Source: Candidatus Poribacteria bacterium (GTDB taxonomy: Bacteria; Poribacteria; WGA-4E; PCPOR2b). Taken from it: DNA of 64,000 nucleotides. Below the pieces are notes generated by a model that was not told where the DNA came from, searched no databases, and saw nothing but the letters and a program-made list of their open reading frames with translations. This document shows positions 58,217-64,000 of the stretch, one piece after another (the first letter of the stretch is position 1; every line of letters starts with the position of its first letter). Made by a program: the position numbers and the translations under genes. The stretch spans positions 5,440,001 to 5,504,000 of the forward strand of contig OZ220744.1 in assembly GCA_965116925.1 (NCBI GenBank). Reading direction: 5' to 3'.

Positions 58217-58396
58217 AATTGTTTCTTTCTCCCGAAAATAAATTGCGATTGAATTTCCCCAATATCTATGCTATTATTGGTACGGTTATCAGTTGGCTTA
58301 GTTCAAACAGATATTATATCAGTTTTTGAAAAATGATGCAAAGGGGCAAATAGATGACAGTTTGCTCTGGCGCAAATTTTCTTACGAGGTGATTCC

Positions 58397-59296
58397 ATGA
58401 AAGTCGCTTATGCGTTTCGTCGAGGGGTATTGTACCCGCATCAAGACGCAGGCATCGGATCAAAGGAACATCGCAGCGCATTTTTGAAAAAAGCAAGAGA
58501 GATCGGCTTTGAGGGCATTGAATTGGGTGCCAGCGTATTGGACCAACCGGACGTCGCATCCCTCCGATCGGAACTTGAAGATGCCGGCATGCCGTGTGTC
58601 GCTATACGCGGTGGAGGCAGCTTTATCAATCCACTTACCGCAAACAAAGCAAGCAATCAGTGGGAGCAAATTATCGGTTTTGCTGCACAGATTGGTGCTG
58701 GGGTGGTTAATTCAACAATTGGCGGTAGCCCGGCCCCAGATCCGCGGGGAATCGGCACATATCGCGGGGAACGGATATCCCAAGGGTCTAGCCGGACTGC
58801 AAGAGCAGAGGATTATGAACGCACCGCCCGTGGACTCGCTGGGGCTGCGAAGGTCGCCGCCGATCAGGGACTGGAACTTTCGATTGAGATCCACCAGAAC
58901 ACGATAGTTGATAACAGTTCAACTGCTTTACATCTGCTAGAACTCATTGATCAACCCAACGTCGGTATCAACCCTGACCTCGGCAATATCTATTGGACCT
59001 ATGACATCCCAGAGGAATCGTGCGAAGATGCCATTGCTGCTCTCGCACCGCATTGCAATTATTGGCACTGTAAGAATCTGAATCGCGTCCATATCCCCGA
59101 TCTTGAAAAGTCGATCCTGTTGCAAGCCCCGATTCCCGATGGTGACATCGACTATCGGTTCGCAATCTCAGCGATGTTGGATGCAGATTACAGCGGTTAT
59201 CTCGCCATCGAAGGGATGCGTCTCGGCGATCAATTCCACGGTGATGAAAAAAGTGTCGCCTATGTGAAATCGGTGGCGGCAGAGTTAGGCGGATAA
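58397..59296 (+). CDS. Sugar phosphate isomerase/epimerase family protein
   Basis: IEIH, NPDLGN, WHCKN, GDIDY, IEG. Confidence 0.85.
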   Translation: MKVAYAFRRGVLYPHQDAGIGSKEHRSAFLKKAREIGFEGIELGASVLDQPDVASLRSELEDAGMPCVAIRGGGSFINPLTANKASNQWEQIIGFAAQIGAGVVNSTIGGSPAPDPRGIGTYRGERISQGSSRTARAEDYERTARGLAGAAKVAADQGLELSIEIHQNTIVDNSSTALHLLELIDQPNVGINPDLGNIYWTYDIPEESCEDAIAALAPHCNYWHCKNLNRVHIPDLEKSILLQAPIPDGDIDYRFAISAMLDADYSGYLAIEGMRLGDQFHGDEKSVAYVKSVAAELGG

Positions 59297-59304
59297 ATTC
59301 AGCC

Positions 59305-59340
59305 ATGAGTAAATGGGCTACAGACTGCCCATTTACTCAT
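59305..59340 (+). terminator. Stem-loop, probable terminator
   Basis: 14-bp perfect stem ATGAGTAAATGGGC/GCCCATTTACTCAT just after the stop. Confidence 0.6.
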
Positions 59341-59386
59341 TTACTTTCCTACTTGGGGGATCATACATGCCCAGCAAAGGAACTCT

Positions 59387-59917
59387 ATGGACAAAAGAGA
59401 TCTTGCAAAACAGATTAAAGCCGCTTCGTATTTGACAGGACAATTCAAATTGCGGTCTGGACAAATCAGCTCGTTCTATTGGGATAAGTACCGCTTTGAA
59501 AGTAATCCGATCATATTGGATGCAATTGTGGATGAGTTGCAGAAATTGTTACCCTCTTCTTTTGATAAACTTGCCGGTTTAGAGTTGGGTGGCGTTCCGC
59601 TTGCGACCGGACTGTCCTTCAAGACGGGAAAACCGTGTCTATATGTCCGTAAAGAAGCCAAGACCTATGGCACCTGTAATTTGGTAGAGGGTGGATTTCA
59701 AGCGGGTGATGCGGCATTGGTGATAGAGGATGTGGTTACAACTGCTGGACAGATACGAACCTCCGTATCCCAAATGCGGGAGCTTGGACTAAAGATTGAG
59801 CATGCTTTTTGCGTCATCGATCGGGAGAGTGGTGGGCGTGAGAATCTGGCGGAGATTAGCTGTTCACTTACGTCGGTTTTTACGTTGACGGAGTTGGAGA
59901 AATTGGCACAGACATAA
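59387..59917 (+). CDS. pyrE: Orotate phosphoribosyltransferase
   Basis: F.LRSG..S..Y.DK, VRKEAKTYGT, IEDVVTT. Confidence 0.9.
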   Translation: MDKRDLAKQIKAASYLTGQFKLRSGQISSFYWDKYRFESNPIILDAIVDELQKLLPSSFDKLAGLELGGVPLATGLSFKTGKPCLYVRKEAKTYGTCNLVEGGFQAGDAALVIEDVVTTAGQIRTSVSQMRELGLKIEHAFCVIDRESGGRENLAEISCSLTSVFTLTELEKLAQT

Positions 59918-59990
59918 GTCCGATTGGTCAGAGCACTCCGGTGCCGGAATTTATCATTAAGGATTTACAAGATTTGATTGAGAGGCAATA

Positions 59991-60794
59991 TTGAAAATTC
60001 TATTTATTGGAGACATCGTTGGGTCCCCCGGACGGAAAGCACTTGCGAACCTCCTGCCATATCTGACTGAAAAGGCAGGCGGGTTCGATGCAGTCATCGT
60101 CAACGGGGAAAATGCCGCTGGCGGCAAAGGATTGACCCAATCGGTGCTCGACGAAATCCTAGATTTAGAGGTTGATGTCATAACGACCGGAAACCATGTC
60201 TGGGATAATCGTGACATCTTTAGGTTCATTGATACAGAGCCAAACCTAGTCCGTCCTGCGAATTTCCCGAAGGGAACGCCGGGACGGGGTTGGCTTGTCG
60301 CTACAGCAGCTTCAGGGACGCGGATCGGTGTGATGAATATCGCGGGACAGCTTTACATGGACAGCTACGAGAATCCGTTCCACACCTTTGATGCTATCTT
60401 CCCGCAGATCCAAGCGAAGACCCGCTTTATTCTGCTTGACTTCCATGCAGAAGCGACAGCTGAGAAGATTGCGATGGGTTGGTATGCGGACGGAAAGGTG
60501 AGTGCTGTTGTGGGCACCCATACCCATGTTCAGACAGCCGACGAACAGATTCTCCCGCAAGGCACCGCTTACATCACGGATGTCGGCATGACAGGTCCTC
60601 ACGACTCGGTAATTGGTATGAAAAAGGAAGAGGTAATTGAGCGTTTTCGGACAATGCTGCCCCGCCGTTACCAAGTCGCGGGCGGCAACATCATCCTCTG
60701 TGGGGTTATTTTGGAATTAGATGATGAGAGCGGCAAGGCACTCTCGATTCAGCGTATTCGTCTTCCAATGAGCGACGTGGTCAAGGCACAGTAG
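59991..60794 (+). CDS. ymdB: YmdB/TIGR00282 metallophosphoesterase
   Basis: FIGDIVG, NGENAAGG, TGNHVWD, DFHAEAT.EK, GTHTHVQTAD. Confidence 0.93.
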   Translation: MKILFIGDIVGSPGRKALANLLPYLTEKAGGFDAVIVNGENAAGGKGLTQSVLDEILDLEVDVITTGNHVWDNRDIFRFIDTEPNLVRPANFPKGTPGRGWLVATAASGTRIGVMNIAGQLYMDSYENPFHTFDAIFPQIQAKTRFILLDFHAEATAEKIAMGWYADGKVSAVVGTHTHVQTADEQILPQGTAYITDVGMTGPHDSVIGMKKEEVIERFRTMLPRRYQVAGGNIILCGVILELDDESGKALSIQRIRLPMSDVVKAQ

Positions 60795-60850
60795 TGAAGT
60801 CATCATATTTTTAGGTTGGCTCATCTAGAAAGAAAGTGCAGAGCATGAAG

Positions 60851-60884
60851 AGAAACCGAGTTTTCAAGAAAAAACTCGGTTTCT
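60851..60884. repeat. Palindromic intergenic repeat, copy 2
   Basis: AGAAACCGAGTTTT-caagaa-AAAACTCGGTTTCT. Confidence 0.8.
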
Positions 60885-60928
60885 TTGCACTAAATCTTAA
60901 CATGAGCGTTTAGGTCATATATTTGCTT

Positions 60929-62146
60929 ATGATGTTCCCAACGGGTAAGATTTACAAAGTCCACGAAATTACACAGATCCTGCAAGGCATTTTGCAGTCG
61001 GAGCCGATATTCCAAGATTTATGGCTTGAGGGCGAGATCTCGAACTTAGGGCGTCCTTCCTCTGGGCACATCTACTTTACGCTCAAAGATAACAATAGCC
61101 AGATTCAGTGTGCGATCTTTCGTCCTGCCGCCTCACGTTTGCGATTTCCGATGCAAAACGGGGATGCTGTGCTTGTCAATGGGCGGTTGACCATCTACGA
61201 CGCGCGCAGTCAGTATCAGATCATTGGTGAGCGTGTTGTGCCTGCGGGCGTGGGAGAATTGCAGTTGGCTTTCGAGCGACTCAAGGAACAACTCGCCGAA
61301 GAAGGGTTGTTTGATCCAATTCATAAAAAGCCGTTGCCACAATTTCCACAGAAGATTGGTCTTATCACCTCAGTGACAGGGGCAGCTATCCGTGATATTC
61401 TCCGGATGTTGCAAAAACGTTATCCCGCAGTGGAGGTGCTGCTATTTCCGACCCTCGTACAAGGGGAGGACGCGGGTGCAGAGATCGCCCACGCAGTTGC
61501 CTGCATGAATCGCCTGCCGGGGATAGATCTCCTCATTGTCGGCCGAGGGGGCGGATCCATCGAAGATCTGTGGGCATTCAACGAAGAGGTTGTCGCCCGT
61601 GCACTGTTTAAGTCTCATATCCCGACCGTGTCTGCTGTGGGACACGAGACGGATGTTACCATTGCAGATCTCGTTGCGGATCATCGCGCTCCAACTCCTT
61701 CTGCAGCGGTTGAAAATATCGTCCCAGATCAGGAGGAACTTCGTTTGCAGCTTGCTGCCGTTAGGTCCAGTTTAGTACGAAGCATCGCTAGGCGAATTGA
61801 TGTTGTACGAACAAAATTAGAAAATATACAGAGCCGTATCCCAGCAACACATCGGATTGATGCTATTAATCGGCTTCGACAGGTGATTGATCAACTTGAT
61901 CTCCGAGGACAACAAGCGGCTGCACAACAGCTAAAGGGCAAACAGCGTGCGTGGGAAGTTGCTGCTGCCCGGTTAGACACGTTAAGCCCTTTGGCGACGT
62001 TGACTCGTGGATACAGTATCTGCAAAGATTCAAGTGGAAAAACAGTTACAGATGCCTCGCAGGTCCATGTTGGCGAAGAGGTTCACCTCCAGCTTTCGCG
62101 GGGGCAGTTAGCGTGTCGCGTGTTGAAAGGAGAGATAGATGTCTGA
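60929..62146 (+). CDS. xseA: Exodeoxyribonuclease VII large subunit
   Basis: GEISN, SGHIYFTLKD, RGGGSIEDLWAFN, SAVGHETD, RAPTPSAA. Confidence 0.96.
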   Translation: MMFPTGKIYKVHEITQILQGILQSEPIFQDLWLEGEISNLGRPSSGHIYFTLKDNNSQIQCAIFRPAASRLRFPMQNGDAVLVNGRLTIYDARSQYQIIGERVVPAGVGELQLAFERLKEQLAEEGLFDPIHKKPLPQFPQKIGLITSVTGAAIRDILRMLQKRYPAVEVLLFPTLVQGEDAGAEIAHAVACMNRLPGIDLLIVGRGGGSIEDLWAFNEEVVARALFKSHIPTVSAVGHETDVTIADLVADHRAPTPSAAVENIVPDQEELRLQLAAVRSSLVRSIARRIDVVRTKLENIQSRIPATHRIDAINRLRQVIDQLDLRGQQAAAQQLKGKQRAWEVAAARLDTLSPLATLTRGYSICKDSSGKTVTDASQVHVGEEVHLQLSRGQLACRVLKGEIDV

Positions 62147-62384
62147 AGATATGAGCTTCGAGGAAGCCTTAGTTAAACTTGAAGAGGCGGTTGCCCAGCT
62201 TGAGCAGGGGGATGCCTTGACTCTGGATGAGTCACTGCAAGCCTTTGAGGAAGGTATCCGCCTGACACGGCTCTGTCGAGAGAAGCTTGATGCGGCGGAA
62301 TTGCGTGTGCAACAACTGATTGAAGTCGATGAAAATGTATTTGAAATGGCATCGTTTGAAGTGGAAGCTGACGGAGAAATCTGA
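62139..62384 (+). CDS. xseB: Exodeoxyribonuclease VII small subunit
   Basis: SFEEAL..LE..V.QLE...LDESL..FEEG. Confidence 0.93.
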   Translation: MSEDMSFEEALVKLEEAVAQLEQGDALTLDESLQAFEEGIRLTRLCREKLDAAELRVQQLIEVDENVFEMASFEVEADGEI

Positions 62385-62413
62385 ATTCGCTGATTGTCAC
62401 AAGGAGCTTTGGA

Positions 62414-64000
62414 ATGTTTTTAGAAAAAATTGATTCACCTACGGATCTCAAATCACTAGATACCGATGACCTGAAAGAACTCGCTGAAGAGATGCGTGGG
62501 TATCTTCTGTCGGTGCTATCAGAACACCCCGGACATTTTGCCCCCAACTTAGGGACGGTTGAGTTGGCTATCGCCCTCCATTATGTATTTGATACCCCGC
62601 GTGACCAAGTGATCTGGGACATCGGACATCAGGCTTATCCACACAAACTCCTCACCGGTCGCCGCGATGCGTTTCCGACGCTTCGCCAGTATGGCGGCAT
62701 CAGTGGATTTCTCAGTCGAGCAGAAAGCAAGTACGATGTGTTTGGTGCCGGTCATTCAAGTACCTCGCTGGCGGCGGCGTTGGGGGTTGCCACTGCTCGT
62801 GACTTCAACAATGAAGATTACAAGGTGGTCGCTGTCATCGGCGATGGCGGTTTGACAGGGGGAATGGCGTTTGAGGGGCTAAATACAGCTGGCGATTTCA
62901 AAAAAGATATGCTCGTCATCCTCAATGATAATCAGATGTCTATTTCCCAGACGGTTGGTGCATTCTCAAAATATTTGCACCGCCTCTTAACTCATCCAAC
63001 CTACAACGCGCTCCGCACTAGTGCAAAAGAGATTGTGAAACGGATTGCCCCAGAGGTGAAGCCTGTTGCCAAACGGATTGAAGCTGCTCTCAAGCCCGGC
63101 ACACTGTTTGAGGAATTTGGCTTTCGTTATTTCGGTCCTCTTGATGGCAACGACTTGGATGCGTTGTTGCCTGTGCTTGAAGGCGTGAAATTGCTACATC
63201 AGCCAATTCTGCTTCACGTTGTCACCCAGAAAGGGAAAGGGTATCCTCTCGCCGAAACGGACTCAGAGAGCTTTTACAGCGTCAGTGGCAAGTTTGATCT
63301 TAAGACCGGCAAGTCACTTGTTCCCAAGTCACCCCTTCCGACCTATACTAGTGTTTTCAGCAGTACATTGATTGAACTTGCCAAAAAAGACCCTCAAATT
63401 GTTGCCATAACCGCAGCAATGCCAAACGGCACGGGGTTAGACAAGTTTCAAGAGGTGTTTCCAGATCGTTTCTTCGACGTGGGTTTGGCAGAACAGTGTG
63501 CTGTGACTTTCGCGGCGGGGTTAGCGACTCAAGGTGTCAAACCGGTCGCAGCAATTTATTCGACCTTCCTGCAACGCGGTTACGATCAGTTGGTTCACGA
63601 TGTCTGCATCCAGAATCTGCCTGTGATCTTCGTACTAGACCGCGCTGGACTTGTCGGAGCGGACGGACCGACCCATCACGGTGTTTTCGATTTTGCGTAC
63701 CTCCGTTCTCTGCCAAACATGGTGGTGATGTCCCCAAAAGATGAAGACGAACTCCAGCACATGATGAAGACTGCCGTTGAGTACGAAAAGGGCCCAATTG
63801 CCCTCCGCTATCCCCGCGGCAACGGTTTGGGTGTTCCTATGGCGAATCAACCTCAGTCGTTGCCAATTGGAAAAGGTGAGGTTCTACGCAATGGCGGCGA
63901 CCTGTTAGTCATAGCGATTGGAAATCGCGTCCAACCGGCACTTGAGGCAGCAGAGATATTGGCAGACTCAGGCATATCGACAACGGTGGTGAACCCACGA
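62414..64000 (+). CDS. dxs: 1-deoxy-D-xylulose-5-phosphate synthase (runs off window)
   Basis: Manual translation from ATG 62414: MFLEKIDSPTDLK...GHFAPNLGTVEL...WDIGHQAYPHK...GAGHSSTS...GDGGLTGG; absent from the ORF track (no stop in window). Confidence 0.96.
   Translation, partial: MFLEKIDSPTDLKSLDTDDLKELAEEMRGYLLSVLSEHPGHFAPNLGTVELAIALHYVFDTPRDQVIWDIGHQAYPHKLLTGRRDAFPTLRQYGGISGFLSRAESKYDVFGAGHSSTSLAAALGVATARDFNNEDYKVVAVIGDGGLTGGMAFEGLNTAGDFKKDMLVILNDNQMSISQTVGAFSKYLHRLLTHPTYNALRTSAKEIVKRIAPEVKPVAKRIEAALKPGTLFEEFGFRYFGPLDGNDLDALLPVLEGVKLLHQPILLHVVTQKGKGYPLAETDSESFYSVSGKFDLKTGKSLVPKSPLPTYTSVFSSTLIELAKKDPQIVAITAAMPNGTGLDKFQEVFPDRFFDVGLAEQCAVTFAAGLATQGVKPVAAIYSTFLQRGYDQLVHDVCIQNLPVIFVLDRAGLVGADGPTHHGVFDFAYLRSLPNMVVMSPKDEDELQHMMKTAVEYEKGPIALRYPRGNGLGVPMANQPQSLPIGKGEVLRNGGDLLVIAIGNRVQPALEAAEILADSGISTTVVNPR

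Noticed and set aside
63496..63850. Short ORFs listed at the right end of the window
   Set aside because: Alternative frames inside dxs, which the track missed because it is open-ended

Overview
Bacterial chromosomal window, mostly core and metabolic genes with small accessory insertions. The gene content suggests Candidatus Poribacteria (inference only): a membrane-anchored ECF sigma with a huge extension, several phytanoyl-CoA dioxygenases, DUF4159/vWA proteins, CotH, and an 'LLQNFPNPFNPETWIPYQL' C-terminal domain. Core blocks: a tRNA cluster (4x Ser, Arg-ACG, Ala-CGC) with tadA, large SRP RNA, dnaX, ybaB and recR; mnmG-rsmG; lgt; ino1; pyrE-ymdB-xseA-xseB-dxs. Best candidate for an undescribed system: a 1236-aa ECF sigma factor with a strong in-frame internal ribosome-binding site just after the sigma domain. 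Its tandem paralog begins exactly at that site and lacks the sigma domain. Other candidates: a sigma-less five-gene partner-switching operon followed by a catalytically degenerate AccD homologue; a single-polypeptide MNT-HEPN (MntA-HepT) fusion; and an active/degenerate epimerase pair. There are also several families of REP/MITE-like repeats and two probable leaderless mRNAs. No CRISPR array, prophage, intact transposase or reverse transcriptase was seen.
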